Shown piece after piece: positions 10,700 through 21,394 of a stretch of 64,000 nucleotides of DNA. A model generated the notes under the pieces. That model made no database searches. It saw only the letters and a program-made list of their open reading frames with translations, and was not told where the DNA came from. Position 1 is the stretch's first letter. Each line of letters starts with the position of its first letter. This DNA comes from a virus: the IMG/VR virus record IMGVR_UViG_3300005613_000027, positions 23,112 to 87,111 of that record; one strand, 5' to 3'. The position numbers and the translations under genes were made by a program.

Positions 10700-10733
10700 A
10701 AGTAATAACCTCCTTATTATATTAACGGTTAGT

Positions 10734-12551
10734 TTATTCTTGCAATCTTGCCAATTCTAATTGACGCTTAAATTCTATAAACTGTTCATCAGTCATTTCT
10801 TTAGCAATCTCGGCAACCGTTTTTGGCTTAGCTGTTTTAGGTTTTGGTTTTGTGTCAACTGTCCGTTTTTTAGCAGGCTGACCTTTAGGTCTTCCTGATG
10901 ATGGTGTCCCTATAGGCGCTCGTTGAGTAGGCTGTACGGCAGGCCCCATTTTAGCTTGTTGCCAAGGAGAACCTAAAATACCAAATGTGCCATCATCCAC
11001 TAATGGAAATTCTTCTTTCATGTTCATAAGCTCTGTAGGGTAGTCAAAACCAAGAGCCTCATGAGCAGTGCGATAACTCAACATTCTACGATCTACAAGT
11101 TGTGATATTGTATTCATGTATAATATAACATCCTGTAATATTCCCTCATCCCACCTAATTTTAGGAAAACGATCAAAACCCGCAGCTTCAGCAATCTGTC
11201 TATATTCATTATATATCCAACGTGTGACTTGTCTACGAGCATAATTTATTTCTTCCATCAGACCTTTAACCACTAAACCAGCTTCAGCCACATTTAAATC
11301 AGATATACCATCTATCAAAGCTCTAGACATAGCCAAACCACCAGTTAAGTCTTCATTGACTTGTTGATATTTTTCTTGGCCTAATATAGCCTCAATTTCA
11401 GGTGATACTACCTTTTCAATTTGTAAAGTATGATTCCACACAACATCGAAAGATTTGCTTGAAGTGTTAAACAATTGAGCTACAGCCTCTAATTCCCCTT
11501 GAGTAGTAACTGGATATTCATCTGAACCTATGGTTACCTTTAGAATATAATTAGAAATACCATCCAATGTACTTAAATCCGCTTCTTTAAGAGATTTCTT
11601 ATACTCTATTGTGTCAAATACCCTAGTAGCTCTTGGTTTTGCATACCTTTCGTAAGGCATTTTTCTATAAGTTATTGTACCAACCAATCTAGGATCAAGC
11701 TTATATTCCTGGCCTGATTTAGCTGCTTGCTTCAAATCACTAGGCAGAGCTTTTATCAAAAGTTTTTCTTCTTCTGTTAACTCTCCAGTAGCTTTTTGTA
11801 GCATAGCAGTTAATTCGGGCGGGGGTCTTAATGCAACAGCAACTTTATCAAACAATAAGTTACCTACAACATTAACCAGTTGAGGATTTAAAATAGTATA
11901 AGATACTGGTAAATGGCCTTTTGACCATATATTCTTTTTAGCCGCTTTTTCAGCTTCTTTCTTTAACATTTCTCCAGTAGCTTTAGATTTTTTTGTAGGT
12001 TTTTTCATTTTCTGCCCTGGAACGGGTGATAGGTGGGATACTCTAGGTTCGTATTTTGCTAACACTTTATATGTAACAACATGGCCAATTTTGAAAAAAT
12101 CTAAATAAAGCCACTCCAACATTTCAGCCATGTTTACATCAAAACACCAAGTGTCAAAAAATTGTTTTATATTTTCATCATCTATATCATTCTCAAAACC
12201 TTTTGTTGCTAAAGAAGCTAATATATTTACTACAGTTCCAACTAATGGATCTGTATAATAATACCTATCTGCTCTTCTAAACAACTCTTGTGGTGATTCA
12301 TCATATGGATCTCTCTTAGCCAAATCAAGAAAAGTCCTATCCACCGCATCTCTTGTAATAGTAGCTGCTTTTTCTCTAAAATGTCTTGGAACAACAGCAC
12401 CCTGTTCAAGAAATGCTAATGATTTTTTCGTTGGATCTAAATAGAAAGTAGATTGTCCGGTTTTCTCATTCACTTCTATATTTCTTATACCCACATCAGG
12501 ATATTCCTTTCTTAATGTGGCTGTAACCTTTTTTATTGTATTATCATCCAT
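10734..12551 (-). CDS. Portal protein
   Basis: 605 aa between TerL and protease; helical body; C-terminal GRP and Lys-rich tail typical of large-phage portals. Confidence 0.75.
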   Translation of the reverse strand: MDDNTIKKVTATLRKEYPDVGIRNIEVNEKTGQSTFYLDPTKKSLAFLEQGAVVPRHFREKAATITRDAVDRTFLDLAKRDPYDESPQELFRRADRYYYTDPLVGTVVNILASLATKGFENDIDDENIKQFFDTWCFDVNMAEMLEWLYLDFFKIGHVVTYKVLAKYEPRVSHLSPVPGQKMKKPTKKSKATGEMLKKEAEKAAKKNIWSKGHLPVSYTILNPQLVNVVGNLLFDKVAVALRPPPELTAMLQKATGELTEEEKLLIKALPSDLKQAAKSGQEYKLDPRLVGTITYRKMPYERYAKPRATRVFDTIEYKKSLKEADLSTLDGISNYILKVTIGSDEYPVTTQGELEAVAQLFNTSSKSFDVVWNHTLQIEKVVSPEIEAILGQEKYQQVNEDLTGGLAMSRALIDGISDLNVAEAGLVVKGLMEEINYARRQVTRWIYNEYRQIAEAAGFDRFPKIRWDEGILQDVILYMNTISQLVDRRMLSYRTAHEALGFDYPTELMNMKEEFPLVDDGTFGILGSPWQQAKMGPAVQPTQRAPIGTPSSGRPKGQPAKKRTVDTKPKPKTAKPKTVAEIAKEMTDEQFIEFKRQLELARLQE

Positions 12552-12561
12552 GTAAGTCTCC

Positions 12562-12753
12562 TTATATTAATACTGCCCCTGCTGTACCAGACACAGTACC
12601 TCCGTATTCTGTAGTATATTCAGCAGCAGCTTTTACTTTTACATAATCTGGTCGGCCAATTTTTTCTTCCACTGTTGGCTGATTACCAGACCATGTAGTA
12701 GCCCATATATTAGCTCGATACTTCGACTTATCCTCTAAATAGCTTTCAGCCAT
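12562..12753 (-). CDS. Small hypothetical protein
   Basis: 63-aa ORF with AAGGAG RBS. Confidence 0.5.
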   Translation of the reverse strand: MAESYLEDKSKYRANIWATTWSGNQPTVEEKIGRPDYVKVKAAAEYTTEYGGTVSGTAGAVLI

Positions 12754-12774
12754 TGTTCATTCTCCTTTATGAGT

Positions 12775-13623
12775 ATTAGTTCTCCTATATAGAATTGCTT
12801 GATACCAAGCCGTGTGCCATTCTCTATCTTTATTTGCGCGCGAATTGCAAGATGTGCATAAAGTTATTAAATTCTCCGGCCCACAATTCTTTTTGTTGTA
12901 ATCAATGTGGTGTACACACAATCTATATATATTTCCAAAACAATCTGGATTTAAACATTTGTTACCGTCTCTTTCTTTTATGTAATCTTTGAATTCTTTG
13001 AAAGACCATTCGTGACAGTAGGGTTCACAGGAAATACCACCTTTCCAGTTTGGGTGGTTTTTGCCAGACATATTCACCACTTTACAAGAAGGACAACGTC
13101 TGTTTTGTTGCCAATGCCCCCACACCATACTGTGTTTATGCCCTTTGGGACACTCATATCTAAGTTTAGTTTGGCTATTTTTATAGATTTTAGATAGTAA
13201 CTTATATCCTTCTTTCTCAAATTCTCTTTTAATAAATTTAATATTTAATTTTCTATTACCGCTACAATGAGAACATCTATTATTGTTGTGCATCCAATTA
13301 TGCCATGAAATTTTATGCAGATGGCCGTTTTCACAAACATATTCTAATTTTTTATAATTATTCTTATATTTGTTTGTTAAAAGAATACAATTTTCTTTTT
13401 CAAATTCTTTCCGAATAAAATCAACAGTTAATTTTACATTTCCAGCACAATAAGGACATCTATATCCGGCACGCCAATCATTCCATCTTATAGAATGTTT
13501 ATGTCCATTAGAACAAATGTAATCTACTTTTTTATGAGCATTAATATATTCTTTGTTTAATAATCTATATCCTTCTTTTTCAAATTGTTTTTTCACAAAT
13601 TCTATAGTTAATCTTTTAGACAT
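12775..13623 (-). CDS. HNH homing endonuclease with repeated zinc-binding modules (whole ORF 12757..13623; likely start MSKRL)
   Basis: Three CxxGH...RCPxC repeats; NHPNWKGG; C-terminal VHHIDYNKKNC...NLITLCTSCN. Confidence 0.85.
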
Positions 13624-13633
13624 AACTTTTTCC

Positions 13634-14584
13634 TTAGAAAGGCACTGAAAACGAAACACCATATGACATTTCACCTTCAGTATCCCAGGCCATAGTAGGA
13701 CCTAAAAACATGTTCTCTACTAATGGAACTATATTACCAAAATTCCATTGTACTGGTGTAAATCCAAAAACAGCCTCAGAACTATCGTTTTTATTAGCTA
13801 TACCTATGGAGGGTATGATAAATCTCCAGTCCATGTCTCTTTTGGTTTTACCGTAAGACATCACACTTAAATCCAACGATGGTGCAAAAACTTCACTTGT
13901 AAACATTGCTTGGAACGCCAATCTTGGATTCCAGAAGAAAAAATGTCTTTCGGTTATTGGATTTTTAGCCCATTCTATACTATTAATTTTGACAGGATAT
14001 TTATTACCTTTTGTTTCTTTCATTTGATTATTCGTTATATTAAGTTCTACATATCTGGCATATTTACCAGATGGCTGTTCTGTTTCAATAATATATGTTT
14101 CAAATTTTATAGGATAAGTTCCTGTTTTCCATAACTTCTCAGGATCATCTTGATTAGGATGAAACATGGCCCACGCTATAGGAAACTTAGTGCCATCAGA
14201 CGCTGTAGCATAAATCTTTTTGAAATGATGGTCTGTCTTTTTTCCTGTGAGATACACATGAGATGATGTTCTATTAAGAAGATCTCTTGTCTGTTTAAGT
14301 TCGGCTTCTATTCTTGCTATCTCATCAATCTTTTCATTCCTCTTACGCACTTCCGCCAAAATCTTACTGTTAGAATCCTCTAACTTTTCTTTTAATTCCT
14401 GAACTTGTCTTTTGCTTGCTTCGAACTCCACACGCCAAGCGTTATCTGTTATTTGTACAATCTGTGGGGCTGGAGGTATAGGTGGTTTTAGCATTTCTAA
14501 TATGTATTCAAATTTATTATATAAAAATCCTACTACTATTATTATTATTACTACTTTTACTATACCTAGAACTTTATCAAACAT
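13634..14584 (-). CDS. Membrane-anchored coiled-coil protein with beta-rich C-terminus ending in Phe (possibly spanin or envelope related)
   Basis: N-terminal TM helix, coiled coil, C-terminal YGVSFSVPF; likely start MFDKVLG. Confidence 0.45.
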   Translation of the reverse strand: MFDKVLGIVKVVIIIIVVGFLYNKFEYILEMLKPPIPPAPQIVQITDNAWRVEFEASKRQVQELKEKLEDSNSKILAEVRKRNEKIDEIARIEAELKQTRDLLNRTSSHVYLTGKKTDHHFKKIYATASDGTKFPIAWAMFHPNQDDPEKLWKTGTYPIKFETYIIETEQPSGKYARYVELNITNNQMKETKGNKYPVKINSIEWAKNPITERHFFFWNPRLAFQAMFTSEVFAPSLDLSVMSYGKTKRDMDWRFIIPSIGIANKNDSSEAVFGFTPVQWNFGNIVPLVENMFLGPTMAWDTEGEMSYGVSFSVPF

Positions 14585-14663
14585 ATGTTTTATACCCATT
14601 ATTTTTATGATGCTCATTATGACATTCAACACACAAAGTCATCCCGTTCTCCAAATCAAATAA
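14577..14663 (-). pseudogene. C-terminal remnant of an HNH endonuclease, interrupted by the TnpB element
   Basis: Right flank of the IS reads LFDLENGMTLCVECHNEHHKNNG; a 5' remnant MKICWDNLDD... lies at about 16024..15875. Confidence 0.5.
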
Positions 14664-15900
14664 TGAACTACCACGAAACTAAAGATTTCGTGGTTTCCTG
14701 CTTCAATGGAAAACTATAGTCTTCCTCCACAGGCATGAATTCGGGTTGTCCCATCCCTATTTTTTTTATATTATTACTTGCTAATATATCCCTATCATGA
14801 GTTGTATTGCAGTTAGAGCAAGTCCATTCTCTATCACTAAGTTTCAATTTATGATTGATTTCCCCGCAAGAACATAACTTACTGCTTGGTTCATATTGAC
14901 CAATTTGTATGAAGTTCTTGCCATACCAGTCACACTTGTACTTGATCATAGAAACAAACTCACCCCAACCTACATCACTGATTGATTGAGATAACCACCT
15001 ATTTTGTTGCATTCCCTTTATATCAAGGGTTTCCATAACAAGGGTGTTCGTTTGGTTATCACGAACTAAGGTAGTAGAAACCTTGTGGTGGAAATCTTTT
15101 CTTGCATTAGTTACTTGTTCATATTTACGAGCAAGTTTAACTTTTGCTTTTTGTCTGTTATTGCTTCCTTTCTGTTTTCTTGCTAGGTTGCGTTGACTTC
15201 GTTTGAGTGCTTTCAACTTATGTTTCAAGTAACGAGGATTATCTATCTTTTCTCCTTTACTTGTAGTAAGAAAGTGAGATATTCCAAGATCTATTCCAAT
15301 AGTAGTATCTCCACTCATTGGTGCTTTAGTTGGTAACTCTTGTCCATCTTCAACTAAAATAGAGATATAATATTTACCAGTTGGAGTTCTACTTATCGTA
15401 CAAGTTTTCATTTCTCCATCAAACTTACGATGAGCATCAAACCTCAAGTTTTTAATTTTTGGAACTTGTATTGTTTTTGTTTCGAAATCTATTTTAGTTG
15501 TAGAAGAAGGAGGGATCTCAAATGATTGGTTTGAATTATGTTTAGATTTGAACTTAGGGAAACCTTTCTTTTCACGAAAGAATCTAACATATGCCATATC
15601 TAAGTGGATCAAACTTGCTTGTAATGTTTGAGAATTAACTTCAGATAACCAATTGGTTTCTTCTTGTTTTTTCATTAGTGGAAGTTGTTTCTGAATATCA
15701 AACCTACTTAGTGTTTTCTTTTCTTGTTCATAGATCTTAATTTTTTGACCAAGTGCGTAGTTATAGATAAAACGAGAACAACCTAAGTGTTTTTCAATTA
15801 ACACTCGTTGTTCCTCGTTTGGGAATAATCTATATTTGTATGCTTTTAACATTCCTATTGTTTCCTTACATCTCTATTTATAATAATTATCTATATATTT
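14664..15900 (-). mobile_element. IS200/IS605-family non-autonomous element (tnpB only); left end approximate
   Basis: Right-end hairpin ACCACGAAA-TCTTTAG-TTTCGTGGT followed by AGTTCA. Confidence 0.75.
14668..15852 (-). CDS. tnpB: RNA-guided endonuclease TnpB
   Basis: KAYKYRLFP HTH start; RuvC motifs GIDLG, VMETL and HDRD; zinc finger. Confidence 0.95.
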   Translation of the reverse strand: MLKAYKYRLFPNEEQRVLIEKHLGCSRFIYNYALGQKIKIYEQEKKTLSRFDIQKQLPLMKKQEETNWLSEVNSQTLQASLIHLDMAYVRFFREKKGFPKFKSKHNSNQSFEIPPSSTTKIDFETKTIQVPKIKNLRFDAHRKFDGEMKTCTISRTPTGKYYISILVEDGQELPTKAPMSGDTTIGIDLGISHFLTTSKGEKIDNPRYLKHKLKALKRSQRNLARKQKGSNNRQKAKVKLARKYEQVTNARKDFHHKVSTTLVRDNQTNTLVMETLDIKGMQQNRWLSQSISDVGWGEFVSMIKYKCDWYGKNFIQIGQYEPSSKLCSCGEINHKLKLSDREWTCSNCNTTHDRDILASNNIKKIGMGQPEFMPVEEDYSFPLKQETTKSLVSW

Positions 15901-16022
15901 ATATTTATGTGTTCCCTTCTGTAAAGTTTCTCTACCTTTTCTCTCATAGTAAAAAACCTTTAACCAAAATCCACTATTTACATCATAAATTAAATCATCC
16001 AAATTATCCCAACAAATTTTCA

Positions 16023-16328
16023 TTATCTATCCGTATCCAATACTTCTTCATAGTTACCATTACCATTTTCGGTCAATTTAGTTCTTGTATATATCCTTCC
16101 TAAAGCAATAGTTACATATCCACCTCCTAGGAAACCTAATCCAACTGCTGGAGATATTTTGGAAACCCACTGCGTTTCAGTCCATTTACCGTCAAAAATT
16201 CCGTATATAACAGGAATATAAAGCAATATAAGTATTTGATATTTTACAGAAGCAAAATTTCTGAACACCTTCATTCCTAATAAGGACCAGAATTTCTTTG
16301 AAAAAAATGTAATCTTACCCTCCGTCAT
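16023..16328 (-). CDS. Small membrane protein with two TM helices (holin-like)
   Basis: Two hydrophobic segments; GGAGGTG RBS before MTEGK. Confidence 0.45.
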   Translation of the reverse strand: MTEGKITFFSKKFWSLLGMKVFRNFASVKYQILILLYIPVIYGIFDGKWTETQWVSKISPAVGLGFLGGGYVTIALGRIYTRTKLTENGNGNYEEVLDTDR

Positions 16329-16377
16329 AATATCACCTCCATTAATAAACAACTCTATTAGTAAGAAGGTTACATTA

Positions 16378-18129
16378 TTACTTTATTTTCTTTTTCAACA
16401 CAGCGGCACTTAAATTACGACCAGACGTCCCAACTATAAGAGGTCCCTGAGCATGTTGTAATGCATCTAAAGGATTCCATGTGCTGTTAACATTATGAGT
16501 TCGCATCATACCGCCTTTAGTAAACAGAATAGGATCACCTTCTTCTTCTAATTCTTTCTCAACCATTCTGGCCCCATATCCAGCGAGTATTAACGCTGAA
16601 TATAAGTCTTTCTTCTGTCCTTTTTTAGGAGTATCAAAATGCAGAAGCCCGCTTGCTGTTTGAGTAACAATTATACTCAACATCTGGGCTTTAAGTTTCT
16701 GTATATTCTCATAAACAATAGCAAACCTATCGTCTGGAGAAACTGGTGGTTCTGGAAATCTTAATCTTTTTTCTTCTAATAAAGATAGTGTAATGAAATT
16801 AGCATCAGAAATCCAGGCCGGATTAAAATTAATCATTTCCAATATATGCAAACCTTTTATATGAAGCTTATCCTTATCAGTCCTGTCAATCATTGGTTCA
16901 TGGCCATTATACCCATCTTCTAATAAATCCATTATAGCTTTTCCGCCACCACCTTTATCTATAAATATTCTTATTATATTATACATTTTATATAAATGTT
17001 GAATGGCCGTTGTAAGTCCTTGTGTAGTTTTATCTTTTAATTCTAATACATTTACTACCTTATTAATAACTCCTAACTTAATGACTACAGCACCACAACT
17101 TGCTTCCCCGCCCTGATTAGGGTCTACACCTAAAACATATTGAGCTTCTGGATCGCCCCTCAATTCTATGTTAAATCCACTGTCAATAGTACACCCCTCT
17201 AACAATGATGCTTTAAAAAACCCTTCGGAATCTGAAATCATTGCTGCTTCATATTCCATTTTGAATTCATAGCTTGACATAGTACGCTTTGCTTCAATTA
17301 TACTATCCTCTACCAGAAACCCCTCTGGCATAAACCAGTAAGGAACTTGATAAACAACATGCCTACAAGTTTCTGGAGGTTCCCTATCCATCATATCCCA
17401 ATGATCTTTCATTCGTCTCCACATATGATTGAATTTAAAAAACCCAGACGATGTCATAACCATTTTATTTACCGATTCTTCTTCAAAATCATCTTCCGTA
17501 GCCAAACCTTCTGCTATAAGCTTCTTTTGATGTTCTATTCTTCTTACCTTTTCCATAGGCTCTAATGCAACAGCCGCAAATGGCCTAACTACTAAATCCA
17601 ACACCTTGTCTGGTACCTGGGCAAGCTCGTCTATACATATCAAATAAAAACGGGACCCCCTAATCTTGGCCCCGTCAACACCTAATGGTAAAGCTTCTAT
17701 GTAAGAACCACTCATACCACCAACAGCTTTAAACTTTAAGAAACACGTATCAGTACCCCTAGTAGGCTTCTTTTCTACAGCCTCGCGTATTAAAGCAGAT
17801 TTGCTATATAACTTTTCAACTTCTGAAAACATCATTTTTGACTGGCGAAAAGTAGGTGCAATTAATCCTACCCTATATCCTGGATAAAGTAAACAATACA
17901 AAACAGCTAACAATCCCTGCATATACGTCTTTCCACATCCACGGCCCATTACAGCAATAACATAATTCTTTATCCACATATCATTAAAAACTAGTCTTTG
18001 TATAGGAGCCAAATCAGACCTACATAAATCAAATGCTGCTATTGTGGGGTTGTCTCTATAAAATTGGATAAGTTCTACACCTTGTTCAAACACCATATCC
18101 ATGTGCCTCTTGGTCTTTCGTTTGGCCAC
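16378..18129 (-). CDS. terL: Terminase large subunit
   Basis: Walker A GRGCGKT; IAPTFRQSK; Walker B ICIDE; nuclease motifs LGVDP and KDLYSAL. Confidence 0.92.
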   Translation of the reverse strand: MAKRKTKRHMDMVFEQGVELIQFYRDNPTIAAFDLCRSDLAPIQRLVFNDMWIKNYVIAVMGRGCGKTYMQGLLAVLYCLLYPGYRVGLIAPTFRQSKMMFSEVEKLYSKSALIREAVEKKPTRGTDTCFLKFKAVGGMSGSYIEALPLGVDGAKIRGSRFYLICIDELAQVPDKVLDLVVRPFAAVALEPMEKVRRIEHQKKLIAEGLATEDDFEEESVNKMVMTSSGFFKFNHMWRRMKDHWDMMDREPPETCRHVVYQVPYWFMPEGFLVEDSIIEAKRTMSSYEFKMEYEAAMISDSEGFFKASLLEGCTIDSGFNIELRGDPEAQYVLGVDPNQGGEASCGAVVIKLGVINKVVNVLELKDKTTQGLTTAIQHLYKMYNIIRIFIDKGGGGKAIMDLLEDGYNGHEPMIDRTDKDKLHIKGLHILEMINFNPAWISDANFITLSLLEEKRLRFPEPPVSPDDRFAIVYENIQKLKAQMLSIIVTQTASGLLHFDTPKKGQKKDLYSALILAGYGARMVEKELEEEGDPILFTKGGMMRTHNVNSTWNPLDALQHAQGPLIVGTSGRNLSAAVLKKKIK

Positions 18130-18660
18130 TTAAAAAAATTCCTCCTTATCTGACACTTTAACATCTAAATCATACCTGTTACCTTGAAATTTATTAAATT
18201 GTTTGGCTGCTTCAGTCTCTTCTTCTTTATTGAATATGGCCTTGTTTAACATATCTTCCTTTTTTTTCTTATCAAATGCTACAGCTAGGTCTATAATAGA
18301 AAATCCCTTATACTCATGTGGATTTATTCTATCTTTTCTTCTACTTAACAAGTTATCTTTTATTTTATCGTTTTGCTTTCTTAATTTTTCTATAGCAGTA
18401 GAAGCATCTATCTGTTTATCTGGACTACCTTTACTGGTTTTAAGAAGCCGTATCTCCAAAACCCTGTTCATAGCCAAACTCATAACATCATCCATATCAC
18501 TAGAAGTTAAATCCTCTTTATCAAAATCTTTCATATAAATGTCCACCAATGATTCATATATTTTCTTTTCATCATCCTCAAATATATCATCTATAGGAAT
18601 TACTTCCTTTAGCATCTCTTTTGCTTTTGGTGGGTTCTTAGGTCTACCGACAGATTTCAC
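18130..18660 (-). CDS. Probable terminase small subunit
   Basis: Helical 176-aa protein abutting the terL start. Confidence 0.5.
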   Translation of the reverse strand: MKSVGRPKNPPKAKEMLKEVIPIDDIFEDDEKKIYESLVDIYMKDFDKEDLTSSDMDDVMSLAMNRVLEIRLLKTSKGSPDKQIDASTAIEKLRKQNDKIKDNLLSRRKDRINPHEYKGFSIIDLAVAFDKKKKEDMLNKAIFNKEEETEAAKQFNKFQGNRYDLDVKVSDKEEFF

Positions 18661-18671
18661 AAGCCCTCCTA

Positions 18672-19106
18672 TTATGTTAAATCATCAAATAAAGTTTCTG
18701 GATCTAACCCATGCATCTCACAAAATTCTTTAAACAAAAGCAGTGTTTCGGGGGTCAATACGTGACCAAAATATTCTATATTATTACCGAAAGATATTTC
18801 CATTCTTCTTGCGCTTCTCATTGATCTATTAGTCAATACATCGTCTAAATCATCTAATTCTTCCCTCACCTGGTTAAGCCAACCACACATACTGTCATCG
18901 TTTAATCTGCAATATGTATTTTCTATCTCTTCTGAAAGTGGATTCAATCTCCTAAAATATAATATTAGTGATTTAGAGATTTTATCTTTTGTTTCCTGTC
19001 TATGGCTCTGTCCAGTTTTAGATTTACTTATAGCTTGTTTACTCTTTTCACTTAATTTAAATCCAATAGGACGACCACGTTTCTTTTTGTCTCCATTACC
19101 AGACAC
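18672..19106 (-). CDS. NUMOD3-motif DNA-binding protein
   Basis: KLSEKSKQAISKSKTG and HRQETKDKISKS repeats. Confidence 0.6.
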   Translation of the reverse strand: MSGNGDKKKRGRPIGFKLSEKSKQAISKSKTGQSHRQETKDKISKSLILYFRRLNPLSEEIENTYCRLNDDSMCGWLNQVREELDDLDDVLTNRSMRSARRMEISFGNNIEYFGHVLTPETLLLFKEFCEMHGLDPETLFDDLT

Positions 19107-19109
19107 CCA

Positions 19110-19373
19110 CTACACCTCCTCCACACTGACGTATTTTTTACACTCAGTGCATATCATTCCTATTGTGTTTATAGGAACAGACGCTATGTGACCACAATCT
19201 TTACATTCTACGTTATTATGTCTTTTTGGTTTACTTGGTTTAGAAAATGTAAAGGGCAAATTACCATGGTCATCTACAAACTTACTTTCTCTGTGAATTC
19301 GTTCATTATGTTTTTTTACACCCTTTTCAGGTTCCCATCTTCTCTTAGTTACACCTGGATCTAATACCGCCAT
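19110..19373 (-). CDS. Small zinc-finger protein
   Basis: CKDC...CTEC. Confidence 0.55.
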   Translation of the reverse strand: MAVLDPGVTKRRWEPEKGVKKHNERIHRESKFVDDHGNLPFTFSKPSKPKRHNNVECKDCGHIASVPINTIGMICTECKKYVSVEEV

Positions 19374-20811
19374 TCCTTTTCTCCTTATTCTTGTTGTATT
19401 TTAAGTTGCCACAATCCCAGATCCTATTCCATCCCTGTAAAACCCTATTTTCCCATTCAGTAAGTGTTTGGTCATCATTATTGTTTTTTCTTAAATTAAA
19501 TCTATGAATTCTTTTATATTTATTTCTGTCACTAAAATACCAATAATTTGGGGGTGTAATGGAATTTAGGTTAAACCCTAATTTTATATATAAATCACCA
19601 ACTGACCATCTCCGATCAGCATAAGAAAATATTTCTGACCAATCATAATTTCTCTCAAAATATTTTAATAGTTTTGATGCGCCGCCAACTACTTGATAAT
19701 TTATTTTAGAACAAAATCTGTTTAATTCCCAAACACTAATTAAAGAATTCTTGGCTCCTTTAGAAATAGATGGTTTTGAAAATGTCATGGCAGAAACCAT
19801 TTCTTCTTTATAAAAAAGACCTAATTTAACACTAGAACCATTATAACCCTGTAAATGATTTTCATTAAAAAAACTAGCTGCATCATTAGTACTTATTTCT
19901 CTGATAGAACAATTTCTGGCATAAACAATATTCGTATTATTCTCACCTAATATGCTTAACAACCTAGATAACACAATGTCTTTATTAAACAAAAATTCAT
20001 CTTCAAATATAGTAACAAGCCTATATCCAATCTCCTTACATCTAACTAGTTTATTTAAATGATATACACTATCTTTACCAAATAACTCTGAGTGCCACCT
20101 AATACCACAATACTCAATAGCTAATTTTTTACTTGGTATTACAATATCAAGTTCATAGGGTGGTATTAGTGTTTTATCATTAATAAATAAATCAGATTGT
20201 GTAACTACATTATTTAGAAACACAGCTAAAGTTTTTTCTACTCTTGATGTATTATTACTACATTTTTTACATCTACTATTATTAGTAAACCAGTTAAACC
20301 AACTAGATATATACACATGTCCATTAGGACATAATAACTTTATTCTACTCCTAGAACTTTTATATTCACCTTCAATATATTTATACCCCTCTAACTCAAC
20401 ATGTTTTATAAAGACATCTAAATAATTATCCTTACATTTATTTGACACACAAAAAACACATTTATTTTTCTTCCTAGACCACGCACTCCAAATTACACTA
20501 TTAATACCACCACATTTATCACATTTATAATATATCTTTTGTTTACTACTTTTATATTCATTTGTCAATAATGTAAACCCCTCACTATTAACTATATTAC
20601 GCACATCATTTATATTAGAAAAACGATTAAATGCACATAATTTACATCTCTGACCCACCAACCATTTTTCTAAAGATATTTCTCCTTTATGCCCAGCTGG
20701 ACAAATATACTTCAATTTTTGTTTAGTGTTTATATAATAAGTAGTTAAAAGAATATAATTATTTTTATTAAAAACTTCTTTTACAAAATTTATATCATAT
20801 TTTCTATTCAA
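19345..20811 (-). CDS. Putative free-standing homing endonuclease (zinc modules plus PD-(D/E)xK/Vsr-like domain)
   Basis: CPxGH repeats; ELDIVIPSKKLAIEYCGIRWH; C-terminal ELNRFC...GGASKLL...SYADRRWS domain. Confidence 0.75.
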   Translation of the reverse strand: MNRKYDINFVKEVFNKNNYILLTTYYINTKQKLKYICPAGHKGEISLEKWLVGQRCKLCAFNRFSNINDVRNIVNSEGFTLLTNEYKSSKQKIYYKCDKCGGINSVIWSAWSRKKNKCVFCVSNKCKDNYLDVFIKHVELEGYKYIEGEYKSSRSRIKLLCPNGHVYISSWFNWFTNNSRCKKCSNNTSRVEKTLAVFLNNVVTQSDLFINDKTLIPPYELDIVIPSKKLAIEYCGIRWHSELFGKDSVYHLNKLVRCKEIGYRLVTIFEDEFLFNKDIVLSRLLSILGENNTNIVYARNCSIREISTNDAASFFNENHLQGYNGSSVKLGLFYKEEMVSAMTFSKPSISKGAKNSLISVWELNRFCSKINYQVVGGASKLLKYFERNYDWSEIFSYADRRWSVGDLYIKLGFNLNSITPPNYWYFSDRNKYKRIHRFNLRKNNNDDQTLTEWENRVLQGWNRIWDCGNLKYNKNKEKRNGGIRSRCN

Positions 20812-20813
20812 CC

Positions 20814-21374
20814 TTATCTCCTATAATCTACTTCTACACAACGTTTGGATGCTATGTAGTCTGACACATACACACACAACTCTTCAGGTGTATATTTAGA
20901 TAAATCTTTCTTCCATTTTCCGTAAGACCATAATCCATAATGATATCCTACCATATTTTTAATTGCCTTATAGTCCTCATCATCCAAAAGCATAGTAGCT
21001 TCCTGTACCTCTATAACCAACTGAGCACCTAAATCTGGATGATTCTTAGTAGTATGCCCTGTCTTTTTCAATCCTTGTTTCCTCAAATCATGAATTATAC
21101 AAGCGCTTAAAATTAGATCTCTGCTGGTCTCACAACCAAGCCCCCTACACAACTCATACGCCAAAGTAAACACTTTCTTAGTGTGTAATATAGTACCATC
21201 AGGCCCTAACTCACTAATGGGATGATATTTTCCACTAGATGATGCAGGACAATCAGTAAAGAAATAATCAGGCGCATTTATCACACATAACTTTGTAAAT
21301 TCTCTTATATCATCGTCAAATATTAACTCTAATTCTGCCGCGAAAATTGCGGCTTTTTCTTCAATAGAAACCAT
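20814..21374 (-). CDS. HD-domain phosphohydrolase
   Basis: PASSSGKYHP...LHT...IIHDL...HYG...SDY. Confidence 0.8.
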   Translation of the reverse strand: MVSIEEKAAIFAAELELIFDDDIREFTKLCVINAPDYFFTDCPASSSGKYHPISELGPDGTILHTKKVFTLAYELCRGLGCETSRDLILSACIIHDLRKQGLKKTGHTTKNHPDLGAQLVIEVQEATMLLDDEDYKAIKNMVGYHYGLWSYGKWKKDLSKYTPEELCVYVSDYIASKRCVEVDYRR

Positions 21375-21394
21375 TAATTCTCTCCTTTTCCATT

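Noticed and set aside
16378-18129. Intein or intron in the terminase large subunit
   Set aside because: Normal length, contiguous motifs and no C...HN splice signature.
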